A stretch of 64,000 nt of DNA from Planctomycetota bacterium (GCA_029212845.1 JARGPD010000003.1:3417-67416); one strand, 5' to 3'; shown: positions 40,695 to 49,989, counted from the stretch's first letter. Numbers and translations are program-made. Notes: a model not told the origin generated them from the letters alone.

Positions 40695-41074
40695 TCAGCT
40701 CGGCCATGCGCCTAGGATCAGCCCAAAGAGCAAGAACTGGGTCCCGTGGTAGCCGCCATCGATCAAGAGCAGCGGCAGCCCGCGGTTCGCGAACTGGTAG
40801 TCGATCCCGAAGCTCGCCGCCACGCATCCCAGCCCGACCAGCAGCCCGAGGCGCAAGCCGCGGCCGAGGCTCGCGTCCTGGCCCATCGCCTGGCCCATGA
40901 CCAGGGCCGCGAGAACACGAGGACCTTGGTCGGATGGCCGTTGTCGGCCTTCGGGTCGCTACCAGAAGCCTCGCACTAGAGCTTCCCGAAGGGCGGCTGC
41001 GAGCACCACAGGCCACCGAGCACGAAGGCCCAGAGGGTAGCGACGAGAGGACCCCAGAGGTTGATGTCGGTCAT
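40695..41074 (-). pseudogene. DUF1761-like small membrane protein gene with an in-frame TAG and a 1-nt frameshift
   Basis: MTDINLWGPLVATLWAFVLGGLWCSQPPFGKL-TAG(40976-40978)-CEASGSDPKADNGHPTKVLVFS, after which the reading frame must shift by 1 nt near 40905-40915 to continue as AALVMGQAMGQDASLGRGLRLGLLVGLGCVAASFGIDYQFANRGLPLLLIDGGYHGTQFLLFGLILGAW. Confidence 0.45.
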
Positions 41075-41172
41075 GGGCCCCGTCTGGGGCTTGCTGCGAC
41101 CAAGGCGTCCCGGTGGAATGCGTCGCCAGCTGGTGCGCCCAGGGCGGGACCGGTAGCCCCGGACGGGAGCTG

Positions 41173-41994
41173 CTAGGCCGGGCCGCGCACGGCGCGCGAG
41201 CTGAAGCAAAGGGGCAGGAACTCGCCCAAGAGCCGGCCTGGCTCGGTGTCCTCGTACAGGTCGGTCAGCACCAGGCCGGCGCGCAGCTGGCCGCCCAGCT
41301 GGTCGACCAGGCTGTGGCTGTGCTGGATCGGCCCCTCGGCGGCCAGGTGCGCCTCCAGCTCGGCCCGGCTGCGGCCACTTGCGTCGCTGTACGGCAGGCG
41401 GTGGGCGACGCGGAACTCCGACGGCGAAGTCGCCGCCTCTTCGCCGGCCGCGTCGAACAGGAACAGGTCGGGGTTCATGAAGCCCGCAAGCAGCACCCCC
41501 CCGGGACGCAGCACGCGCCGGAGCTCACGCCAGACCGGCTCGAGCTCCGGCGCGAAGGTGTTCGAGACCGGGTGGAAGCACAGGTCGAAGCTCGCGTCGT
41601 CGAAGGCGCCCAGGTCGTCCATGTAGCCCTGGACCGTGCGGATGCCGAGGTCATGGGCCAGCGAGCGCTCGGCGTCCCGGGCCAGCTGCTCGGCGGAGGC
41701 GTCGAAGGAGGTCACCTCGGCCCCGGCCGCCGCGAGCACCGGCGCCTGCTGACCACCGCCCGACGCCAGGCACAGGAGCCGCGTCCCGGCGAGCCCGGCG
41801 CTTGGATCGGGGGCGGCTGGGTTGGCGAACCACTCGCGCGGCACCGGCTTGGCATAGGTCAGGACCACCGACCAAGCGCCCCGCCGGGCCGCGTCGAGGA
41901 CCTCGTCCCCCACCGGGGTCGACCAGGGGCTCCCGCCCGCCGCCTCGCGGTCCCAGGCGGCGCGGTTCTGGCGCTTGATCCAGTCGGCGTCCAT
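41173..41994 (-). CDS. Class I SAM-dependent methyltransferase
   Basis: Motif I RLLCLASGGGQQAPVLAAAGAEVTSFD, plus LRPGGVLL. Confidence 0.8.
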   Translation of the reverse strand: MDADWIKRQNRAAWDREAAGGSPWSTPVGDEVLDAARRGAWSVVLTYAKPVPREWFANPAAPDPSAGLAGTRLLCLASGGGQQAPVLAAAGAEVTSFDASAEQLARDAERSLAHDLGIRTVQGYMDDLGAFDDASFDLCFHPVSNTFAPELEPVWRELRRVLRPGGVLLAGFMNPDLFLFDAAGEEAATSPSEFRVAHRLPYSDASGRSRAELEAHLAAEGPIQHSHSLVDQLGGQLRAGLVLTDLYEDTEPGRLLGEFLPLCFSSRAVRGPA

Positions 41995-42021
41995 GCCTCG
42001 AGTCTAGCCGGCGGATGCGGG

Positions 42022-43701
42022 CTAGACCGGCACCAGCTCGCGGTAGGCGGGCTCCCACATGGCCCGGTCGAGCTTCTCGGCGACACCTTCGGGCGACAGC
42101 AGGTCGGCGGTGCCATCGGCCTGGGCGGCCAGGGCGACGGCCTTGGCGACCGAGAGGCTGACCTCGCGGATCGCGGTCAAGGGGGGCAGCAGGACGGCGG
42201 TCGGGTCGTCGATCGCCGGGCTGTGCTCGGCCAGGGCCCGGGCGGCGGCCAGGAACATGTGCTCGCTGATGCGGCGCGCGTTGACCGCGCTCACCGCCAG
42301 GCCGATCGCGGGGAAGATGTACACGTTGTTGCACTGGGCGATCGTGCGCTCTTGGCCCTCGAAGTCCACGGCGCCGAAGGGGCTGCCGGTGGCCACCAAG
42401 GCGCGGCCATCGGTCCATGCCAGGAGCTCGGCCGGGGTCGCCTCGGCCCGGGACGTGGGGTTCGAGAGGGGCAGGATCACGGGCCGGTCGGTGAACTCGA
42501 GCAGCGGCCGCACCAGCTCTTCGGTGAAGGTGCCGGGCTGACCGGTGGTGCCGATCATCACGGTCGGGCGCGCGGCCGCGATCACCTCTTCGGTGGTCAC
42601 GCGGCCCGAGCCGTCCCCCCAGAGTGCGAGCTCCGCGTCGGCCTGCATGCGCTGCTTCAGGGGCGTCAGGTCGTCGCGCCCCGCGTGCACCAGCCCGCGC
42701 GAGTCGCAGACCAGGACCCGCTGCATGGCCTCGTCCCGGGTCAGCCCCTCCTCCTCCAGCGCCATCAGGAGCAGCTTGAAGGCTCCGAATCCCGCCGAGC
42801 CGGCACCGACGCTCAGGAAGACCTGGTCGACGAGCCGCTCGCCCTTTGCGGCCAGGGCCGACAGGATCGTGCCCAGGATCACCGCGGCCGTGCCTTGGAT
42901 GTCGTCGTTGAAGGTGCACAGGCGGTTGCGGTACCGCGCCAGGAGCGGCTCGGCGTTGGCCGAGGCGAAGTCCTCCCACTGCAGCAGCACCCGCGGGAAG
43001 CGCCGGGTCGTCGCCTGCACGAAGCGCTCGACGAACTTGTCGTACTCCTCGCCGCGCACGCGCTTGCTGCGCCAGCCCTGGTAGCGCGGGCTCGCCAGGC
43101 GATCCTCGTTGTCGGTGCCGAGATCGAGCAGCACCGGCAGGGTGCGCGCCGGGTCGATGCCGCCGCACAGGCTGTAGAGGGTCAGCTTGCCGATCGGGAT
43201 GCCCATGCCGCCGGCGCCCTGGTCGCCGAGGCCCAGGATGCGCTCACCGTCGGTCACCACGATCACGTCCACGTCGCCCTCGACGTTGGCCAGGACCTCG
43301 TCCATCTCGTCGCGGTTCGGGTAGCTGATGTACACGCCCCGCGGCCGCCGGAAGATGCTCCCGAAGTTCTCGCACGCCTTGCCGACGACCGGGGTGTAGA
43401 CGATCGGCGTCATCTCTTCGATGTGCTCCATCAAGAGTCGGTAGAAGACCGTCTCGTTCTCGTCCTGGATCTGGCGCAGGAAGATGTGCCGCTCGAGGTC
43501 GTGACCCTTGCGCTTGTACTCCCGGTAGATGCGCGAGACCTGGTCCTCGAGGGAGTTCACGTGGGGCGGCAGCAGGCCGCGCAGGCGGAAGATGTGGCGC
43601 TCCTCGCTCGTGAAGGCCGTGCCCTTGTTCAGCAGCGGGTTCTCGAGCAGGGCGCGTCCGCGCTGGGTCACGGGGATCGGGGGAGGCGTGCTGCTAGTCA
43701 T
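42022..43701 (-). CDS. NAD(P)-dependent malic enzyme
   Basis: Start ATG at 43699-43701. Motifs LLNKGTAFT, IVYTPVVG, VVTDGERILGLGDQG, GIPIGKL, FNDDIQGTA and GAGSAG. The track ORF is over-extended. Confidence 0.9.
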   Translation of the reverse strand: MTSSTPPPIPVTQRGRALLENPLLNKGTAFTSEERHIFRLRGLLPPHVNSLEDQVSRIYREYKRKGHDLERHIFLRQIQDENETVFYRLLMEHIEEMTPIVYTPVVGKACENFGSIFRRPRGVYISYPNRDEMDEVLANVEGDVDVIVVTDGERILGLGDQGAGGMGIPIGKLTLYSLCGGIDPARTLPVLLDLGTDNEDRLASPRYQGWRSKRVRGEEYDKFVERFVQATTRRFPRVLLQWEDFASANAEPLLARYRNRLCTFNDDIQGTAAVILGTILSALAAKGERLVDQVFLSVGAGSAGFGAFKLLLMALEEEGLTRDEAMQRVLVCDSRGLVHAGRDDLTPLKQRMQADAELALWGDGSGRVTTEEVIAAARPTVMIGTTGQPGTFTEELVRPLLEFTDRPVILPLSNPTSRAEATPAELLAWTDGRALVATGSPFGAVDFEGQERTIAQCNNVYIFPAIGLAVSAVNARRISEHMFLAAARALAEHSPAIDDPTAVLLPPLTAIREVSLSVAKAVALAAQADGTADLLSPEGVAEKLDRAMWEPAYRELVPV

Positions 43702-44044
43702 GGGGGAGCTCGAGATTCGGGCGTGGAGCAGGTCGCGCTCGGGGGCGACCGGGCCTTTGACGGGTGGGGCCGCGTCGGAGTACGAGCCGTCCACAGTAGC
43801 GGGGTCGCGCCCAAGTCGATGCGCCCCTGGGCCGCTTGCTGCACCAGCGGCAGGATCCGTACCTCCAGGCCACGCAGCCGCCGAGAGCTGGCTGGGCCCA
43901 TCGCCTCCGCGAGGGAATGTCCAGGGGTGCGAGCCGCGCCTTGCCTGGGGCCTCGGATGGCGGAGAATGGAAGCGGAGCCCCCGTCCCCCTCGACGACCG
44001 CCTCCCACGGGCACGACTCGGCCCAAGACCCAACCGCAACGACC

Positions 44045-44839
44045 ATGTCCGCACCCTCCACCCGCGCCCTCGCCGGGGTCGTCCTGGCCCTGACCGCCCT
44101 CGCCTGCCAGGCACCCCGTTCCGGGAGCCTCGAGCCCAGCCAACCCGCGGCCACAGAGCAGGCCGAGGCTCCCGTCGAGCTGCACCACGCCGAGCCCGCG
44201 GCGCAGGCCGAGCCGACCACCGGGGCCCCCAACCGCGACCTGCACGGCCCGGCGGACACCGAGCGCTACATCTCGATGCTAGCCAGCGACCGCCGCATCG
44301 AGGAGCTCAAGCCCGACCTCGTCGCGCGCCGCATCTACGAGCGCGCGAACCTGACGCCGGCCTCCGTCGTCGCCGACATCGGCTGCGGTCCCGGCGTCTT
44401 CGACTGGCCCCTCGCCGCCCTCCTGCCCGCCGGCCACGTGCTCGCGATCGACGTCGAGCCGCGCCAGCTCGACACCCTGCGCGCCGGCATCCTGGAGCGC
44501 GGGCTCACCAACGTCATCCCGGTGCTCGCGTCCTACGAGACGCCGCACATCCCGCCGGCCGGCGCCGACGTGATCTTCATCGCCGACACCTACCACCACT
44601 TCGAGGACCGCGTCGCCTACTTCCGCGGCCTGCGCTCGGCGCTCAAGCCCGGCGGCTCGCTGGTGCTGCTCGAGTACAAGGATGGCGACCTGCCGATCGG
44701 CCCGCCGGCCGCCCACAAGGTGCCCCTGGTCGAGCGCCACGCCGAGCTGGACGAGGCCGGCTACGAGCTCGTCGAGACCCTCGGCACCCACATCTGGCAC
44801 GACTTCGAGTTCTGGCGCCTGCGCAGGGCCGAGCGCTAG
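44045..44839 (+). CDS. Class I SAM-dependent methyltransferase with a lipoprotein-type signal peptide
   Basis: MSAPSTRALAGVVLALTALAC, then motif I VADIGCGPGVF, then LKPGGSLVLLE. Confidence 0.75.
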   Translation: MSAPSTRALAGVVLALTALACQAPRSGSLEPSQPAATEQAEAPVELHHAEPAAQAEPTTGAPNRDLHGPADTERYISMLASDRRIEELKPDLVARRIYERANLTPASVVADIGCGPGVFDWPLAALLPAGHVLAIDVEPRQLDTLRAGILERGLTNVIPVLASYETPHIPPAGADVIFIADTYHHFEDRVAYFRGLRSALKPGGSLVLLEYKDGDLPIGPPAAHKVPLVERHAELDEAGYELVETLGTHIWHDFEFWRLRRAER

Positions 44840-44856
44840 CCCCGCTCCTAGCTGCC

Positions 44857-45612
44857 ATGTACGTCGCCGCGCTGCTGCTGATCGTCCTGCTCTCGATCTT
44901 CGTCGTACGAGCGGGGGCCGTGGCGCTCGCGATGACCGGTCTCTCCCCCGACGTCGCCCGCTTCCAGGCCCTCTCGGCCTTCACCGGCACGGGCTTCACC
45001 ACGAGCGAGGCCGAGTCCCTCGTCGGCCATCCCGCGCGGCGCAACATCATCAGCCTGCTCATGCTGCTGGGCAACGCCGGCCTGTTCAGCGCCCTCGCCG
45101 CGGTCATCCTGAGCTTCTCCCAGGCCCAGGACGACGAGGTCCTCACCAGCATCCTCGGCATCATCGTCGGGCTCCTGGTGCTGCTCGGCCTCTCCAACGT
45201 CAGGCTGCTCAACGTGCTGCTCAACCGCGTCCTGCAGCGCCTCTTCGGCCGCTTCTCGACCCTGCGCATCCGGGACTACGAGGAGCTCCTGCGTGTCGAC
45301 CGTGGCTACTCGATCAGCCACGTGATGGTCGATCGCGGCGGCTGGCTCGAGGACCGGTCCCTGCGCGAGCTCGCGATGGTCTCCGAGGGCATCCTGGTGC
45401 TCAGTATCCGGCGATCGACCGGCACCACCCTGGACACCCCCGGACCCATGACGCGCCTCTTCGCCGGGGACCAGCTCCTGGTCTACGGGCGCGAGCGCGA
45501 TCTCGAGGCCCTCCCCACGCGACCCGCGGGCGCGCCCGGCGACCGGATCCACGCGACCGCCGTCGAGCAGCAGCGCCTGCGCCGGGCCGAAGAGAGCGCG
45601 GAGGGCGCCTGA
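44857..45612 (+). CDS. Small membrane protein with one pore-loop-like unit and a C-terminal TrkA-C (RCK_C) domain
   Basis: TM helices flank SAFTGTGFTTSE, which resembles the KtrB/TrkH-type pore loop. The C-terminus GYSISHVMVDRGGWLEDRSLRELAMVSEGILVLSIRR...GDQLLVYG resembles RCK_C. This is only the last 251 codons of track ORF 41113..45612. Confidence 0.7.
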   Translation: MYVAALLLIVLLSIFVVRAGAVALAMTGLSPDVARFQALSAFTGTGFTTSEAESLVGHPARRNIISLLMLLGNAGLFSALAAVILSFSQAQDDEVLTSILGIIVGLLVLLGLSNVRLLNVLLNRVLQRLFGRFSTLRIRDYEELLRVDRGYSISHVMVDRGGWLEDRSLRELAMVSEGILVLSIRRSTGTTLDTPGPMTRLFAGDQLLVYGRERDLEALPTRPAGAPGDRIHATAVEQQRLRRAEESAEGA

Positions 45613-45660
45613 TTCCAAGGCCTCCGACAGCAACAAGCGGGCCCCCGGCCCGTAGTTCGC
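45613..45660 (+). terminator. Weak GC hairpin after the TrkA-C gene
   Basis: cgggcc-ccc-ggcccg at 45638-45652 (6-bp stem, 3-nt loop), followed by tagtt. Confidence 0.25.
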
Positions 45661-45715
45661 CCAGTCCCACCCCCTAGGGAGGGCGTCCACCCCCACCGCC
45701 ACTCACCGATCTCCC

Positions 45716-48118
45716 ATGTGCTCGCTTCGCACGGCCTTCCTGGCCGCCACGCTGCTCACGTCCCTGTCCACCACCGCGCTAGCCAGCGACCTCGCCGATC
45801 ACCCGGTCCTCGGCAAGCTGACCTTCGACGAGCTCGAGCCCACCCGGGGCACGATCATCCAGGTCCAGCTGAGCGCCTCCGGCGACACCGAGCGCCTCGA
45901 CACGATCGGCGCCGAGCTGGCCGAGATCTTCACCGAGCTCGAACTTCGCTTCGACGAGGTCCTCGGCGGTCCGGCCGGCCTGGGGTCGAGCGACGACCGC
46001 GAGCCGATCGAGGCCGTCGTCCTCCTGGACAACGACACCTGGAACAAGGTCCGCCCCAGCACGCCGACCCCGCCCGGCGCCCACTTTGATCCCGAGCTCG
46101 GCGCGATCGTCACCTACGACCTGGCCTGGCCCGGCAGCCCGCGCTCCAAGCGCATCCGCGGCCTCCGCCGGGCGCTGGTCGCGGCGCTCTTCGACGCCCA
46201 CGGCGCCTCCCCGCCAGCCTGGCTTGCTCTGGGTGCCGAGCAGCACCTCCTGGCCGACCTCGGCGACGAGGACGCGGCCCCCGAGGCGCGCACCGAGCGC
46301 CTCTTGGCCGAGCTGCTCGAGGGCGGCTTCGAGCACGGCTTCCTCCTGCCCGTGCTCGAGCTCATGAACCTCGGTGGCAGGGCGGCCCTCTTCGAGTTCG
46401 CCAGCGCGCACACGACCGAGGTGCGCGACACCGAGCGCTGGACCGAGCGCCGCGTCGAGACCCTAGGCGAGCTCGGCGGAGCGCTCTTCGACTTCCTGGT
46501 GACCAGCGAGACCTACCGCGAGCCGCTGCTCGAGCACCTCGGTGCGAGCGTGCGCGGCGAGGCCCCCGGGCCGATGGTCACGGACCTCGAGGCGACCGAC
46601 CTCGAGGCCGCCTTCTGGGACGACCTCTTGGGCGCGGAGCGCAAGCGACGCAAGGACTTCGACCCCCGCGGGCTGGTCGCACCGGAGCTCTTCACCGAGG
46701 CGGTCGGGCGCCTCGGGCTGGACTCGGGATCGGCGGACGCGGGCGAGGAGGTCGACCCGAAGGCGAACCTGGAGATGGCCCTCTGGCAGGCCGGCCAAGG
46801 CAACCTCAAGAGCGCCCGCGCCCTGCTCGAGGCTGCCGCCGGTGATCCGGACTGCGACCGCCACCTCGTCGGCATCGCGGCCCTCGAGGACCTGCGCATG
46901 GCCTACCTCGAGCACCTCTGCAGCGCGCTCGGCGATGCCGGCAAGCTGCGCGTCGAGCACGAGGGCCGCACGGTCTCCGCCGACGTCACGCGCGTCGGCC
47001 TGCGCAGCGTGTTCCTGGCCGACAACTCGCGCGGGCTCGAGCGCGTGGCGATCGACGACCTGCCGATCGGCGACCTCGTCGAGCGCATGGAGAAGGAGAA
47101 GCCCGCCTTCGGGGACCCCGCCGCCCGGGCCTGGGCCATCGCCCTGGTCGGCGGCAAGTGGAAGCGCAGCCTGACCAACGAGCAGAAGCGCGACAAGGCG
47201 CTGAACGCCGACCTCGACGCCATCGCGGGCCTGCTCGATCGCGGCCGCATCCTCAGCGGCATCGCCACCGTCTGCGACACGCAGACCAGCACCGATGAGG
47301 TGCGCCTCGCGACGGCGGCCGAGCTGCTCGCGAGCGACGCCGACCACGAGCTGCTGCAGGCCGAGCTGTGGCGCATGACCGCCGCCTGCAAGACCCTCTT
47401 GGAGGAGACCTTCGACGCCGGGGACCCGCTCGACCTGCTGGCCGTGACACCCAAGCGCGACGGCGATCGCTTGAGCCTGACCTACGACTTCGACGAGGAG
47501 CAGCAGCTGCTCGACTGGCCGCTCGTGGCCGAGTACTCGCCCGAGTTCGTCACGCTCCTGCCCGCGCTCGAGGACAGCGCGCCCCTGCGCGAGCTCGAGC
47601 GCAAGAAGGGCGTCGGCCTCGAGGGCTCCCAGGCCTTCCAGCACCTGCTCTCGTTCGGCGGGCCCATGACCCTGACCTACGAGTTCTCCTTCGAGCGCAC
47701 CAAGAAGAAGCGCGACGCGGGCAACTACGAGGTCGACTTCCTGTTCGCCTCGATCTGCGACGACCTGGGCTACAACCACCTGCGCACCGGCCAGTTCGGC
47801 GAGCTCGACGTGGTCGACGTCGAGTCCAAGGGCAACGTGCACCTCGCCCACCCCGAGCCGCTCGACTACAAGCTCGGCCAGACCTACCGCATCGAGCTCG
47901 AGCTGCTCGGCAACGACGAGGTCGAGACGCGGCTCGACGGCAAGCGCATCTTCAACACCTCGGCCCACGGCCGCAGCCAGGGACGCGTCGCCTTCCTCCT
48001 GCACAGCGATCGCCGCGTGCACCTGCAGTCGGTCACGATCGAGGGCGTCCTGCTCGAGGACCAGAGCTCCACCCGCCGCCTGTACGTCGAGAGCCGCATG
48101 GCCGCGCTCGGCTTCTAG
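45716..48118 (+). CDS. Large secreted protein (800 aa), unknown function, with a jelly-roll-like C-terminal domain
   Basis: Signal peptide MCSLRTAFLAATLLTSLSTTALA. High GC3. The C-terminal approximately 200 aa start LSLTYDFDEEQQLLDW and end RMAALGF-stop. Paralogous to the next gene. Confidence 0.75.
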   Translation: MCSLRTAFLAATLLTSLSTTALASDLADHPVLGKLTFDELEPTRGTIIQVQLSASGDTERLDTIGAELAEIFTELELRFDEVLGGPAGLGSSDDREPIEAVVLLDNDTWNKVRPSTPTPPGAHFDPELGAIVTYDLAWPGSPRSKRIRGLRRALVAALFDAHGASPPAWLALGAEQHLLADLGDEDAAPEARTERLLAELLEGGFEHGFLLPVLELMNLGGRAALFEFASAHTTEVRDTERWTERRVETLGELGGALFDFLVTSETYREPLLEHLGASVRGEAPGPMVTDLEATDLEAAFWDDLLGAERKRRKDFDPRGLVAPELFTEAVGRLGLDSGSADAGEEVDPKANLEMALWQAGQGNLKSARALLEAAAGDPDCDRHLVGIAALEDLRMAYLEHLCSALGDAGKLRVEHEGRTVSADVTRVGLRSVFLADNSRGLERVAIDDLPIGDLVERMEKEKPAFGDPAARAWAIALVGGKWKRSLTNEQKRDKALNADLDAIAGLLDRGRILSGIATVCDTQTSTDEVRLATAAELLASDADHELLQAELWRMTAACKTLLEETFDAGDPLDLLAVTPKRDGDRLSLTYDFDEEQQLLDWPLVAEYSPEFVTLLPALEDSAPLRELERKKGVGLEGSQAFQHLLSFGGPMTLTYEFSFERTKKKRDAGNYEVDFLFASICDDLGYNHLRTGQFGELDVVDVESKGNVHLAHPEPLDYKLGQTYRIELELLGNDEVETRLDGKRIFNTSAHGRSQGRVAFLLHSDRRVHLQSVTIEGVLLEDQSSTRRLYVESRMAALGF

Positions 48119-48173
48119 CCCACCCTCCCCCTGCTATCCTGGCGCACCGCCCCACGGCTCCCTGGAAGACCCG

Positions 48174-49652
48174 ATGCTCCGATCCATCCGCCTCGTCACC
48201 CTCTCCCTGCTGCTGGTCGTCACGGCCGCCCTCGCGGCCACCACTCCCCAAGAGGACACCCCGACGATCGCCCGCAGCGGCCCCGCCGCCGACCTCGACC
48301 TTGCCCGCCAGCTCGTGTCCAGCTCGCGCTTCGAGGACGCCCTCGAGCTGCTCGACAAGGTCGGCGCAGGGAACGCCTTGCTGCAGCGCGAGCGCGACCG
48401 GGTCGCGGGACTGATCGACCTGCGCGAGTCCTTCCTCACCAGCCTCGCCAAGGAGGCCGGGCGCTTGCGCGTTCCGATCGAGGGCAAGCATCGCAACCTC
48501 AAGGTCGAGGCCTACGAGGGTGGCGTGATCACCTTCGTGAAGAACAAGTACGAGCTCGAGTTCCTGACCATCGACGAGCTCGCCTTCGAGGACCTCGCGG
48601 GCGCCTGGAAGAGCGCCAAGGTCGAGCCGCTCGAGCTCCGCTCCTACGCCCTCGCTCTGACCGGCGACAAGTCCTGGAGCAAGCTCTGGGGTAAGGACGT
48701 GGAGCCGCCCGCCACCCACGTCGCCGACCTCGAGGATGCCGACGAGTCCGTCGCGCGCGGCGCCCGCGTCGAGGCCCTGCGCGAGCTCGAGGGTTACCTC
48801 GGCAAGGACCTCACGGCCGACGAGGGGCGCCGCGTGGTCGAGCGCTTCGAGGCGGTCTTCCAAGGCGGCAAGGTCGAGCTGGCCGAGGACGAAGACCTGC
48901 GGCGCTTCCGCACCCTGCGCGACCTGGTCACCGCCAGCCTCGAGGCTGGCTTCGGCCTGGCCGACCTCCCCAGGGTGCTGCACGCGACCAGCTCGGAGAT
49001 GCGCGGCAAGGAGCTGCTGCTGCGCTACGAGTTCGACAAGGAGAGCGAGCTCGAGGACTGGCTGCGCGACGAGGAGCACCTGGCCGACGTGCGCATGATG
49101 GGCATCCTCCAGACGCCCGAGGACCAGCACCGCATCGGCCTCGCCAACGGGGCCCTCGAGCTGCTCGGCACCAAAGGCGTGCGCTACACCCTGCCCTACC
49201 GCGGGCCGATCCGCCTGCGCTACGGCATGCAGCTGCCCGAGGTCGGCGAGGAGGGCCTCCTGTGGCAGATCCTGGTCTACCTGAACGACGACTTCGATCG
49301 GAACCACTTCGCGGTGCACTGCTTCGGCTACTGGCTCGAGCTGCTCGAGCTCGACTTCGAGTCCGAGGTCGAGCGCGACCAGGCCTACTACGAGATCGGC
49401 ACCGACTACTTCACCGAGGTCGTCGTCGACCAGAAGAGCGACATGACCGTGCGCCGCGAGGACCTGGCGGACGACCAGGCCCTGACCCTGCCCGCTCGCC
49501 GCGTGAACAAGGGCCACATCAGCATCGTCAGCCACACCGACTACGTGACCCGGGTCTCCAGCTTCGAGATCCAGGGCACCCCGGACCTCGACCAGACCCC
49601 CATCCACCGCCAGACCTGGGTCGACCTGCGCCTGGCCGAGCTCGGCTTCTAG
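48174..49652 (+). CDS. Secreted protein (492 aa), paralog of 45716..48118
   Basis: Signal peptide MLRSIRLVTLSLLLVVTAALA. The C-terminal domain starts LLLRYEFDKESELEDW and ends RLAELGF-stop. Confidence 0.75.
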   Translation: MLRSIRLVTLSLLLVVTAALAATTPQEDTPTIARSGPAADLDLARQLVSSSRFEDALELLDKVGAGNALLQRERDRVAGLIDLRESFLTSLAKEAGRLRVPIEGKHRNLKVEAYEGGVITFVKNKYELEFLTIDELAFEDLAGAWKSAKVEPLELRSYALALTGDKSWSKLWGKDVEPPATHVADLEDADESVARGARVEALRELEGYLGKDLTADEGRRVVERFEAVFQGGKVELAEDEDLRRFRTLRDLVTASLEAGFGLADLPRVLHATSSEMRGKELLLRYEFDKESELEDWLRDEEHLADVRMMGILQTPEDQHRIGLANGALELLGTKGVRYTLPYRGPIRLRYGMQLPEVGEEGLLWQILVYLNDDFDRNHFAVHCFGYWLELLELDFESEVERDQAYYEIGTDYFTEVVVDQKSDMTVRREDLADDQALTLPARRVNKGHISIVSHTDYVTRVSSFEIQGTPDLDQTPIHRQTWVDLRLAELGF

Positions 49653-49737
49653 GGCCGCCAGGCCCGCGCACGGCTCCCCAAGGGCCCATGGTCCGGTTAG
49701 ACTCTGCGCGCACCGCTCCCCCCCCAACCCACGCGTC

Positions 49738-49989
49738 ATGTCCGATCCCAGCTACAAAGCTCTCTCCCACAAGGTCGTCAAGGTCGAGGATGCCGACCAG
49801 GTCGAGCTCGTCATCGAGGGCGACAACGGCCTCACTTGGTCGTTCGGCATCCCCTTCAGCCGGGCCACCGGCCGCATCGACTTCGACGAGGTCGACGTGG
49901 TCGAGCTCGACTTCGGTGCGGAGTTCACCGAGATGGCCACCGAAGAGATCGAAGCGCTGGTCGAGAAGCTGATCGAAGAGGGCGAGTAG
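49738..49989 (+). CDS. Small acidic hypothetical protein (83 aa)
   Basis: MSDPSYKALSHKVVKVEDADQVELVIEGDNGLTWSFGIPF...EEIEALVEKLIEEGE. Good GC3 and no motif I recognise. Confidence 0.5.
   Translation: MSDPSYKALSHKVVKVEDADQVELVIEGDNGLTWSFGIPFSRATGRIDFDEVDVVELDFGAEFTEMATEEIEALVEKLIEEGE

Noticed and set aside
40695-41209. Treating 40695..40898 and 40976..41209 as two independent small genes.
   Set aside because: Read together, they reconstruct one DUF1761-like protein interrupted by a TAG and a 1-nt shift. The track start at 41209 adds Arg-rich junk upstream of the MTDINLW start.
41113-45612. A 1499-aa plus-strand ORF, the longest in the track.
   Set aside because: Only the last 251 codons (from 44857) look like a real protein. 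The rest runs antisense through a methyltransferase gene and the malic enzyme gene and translates to low-complexity Arg/Gly/Ala sequence.
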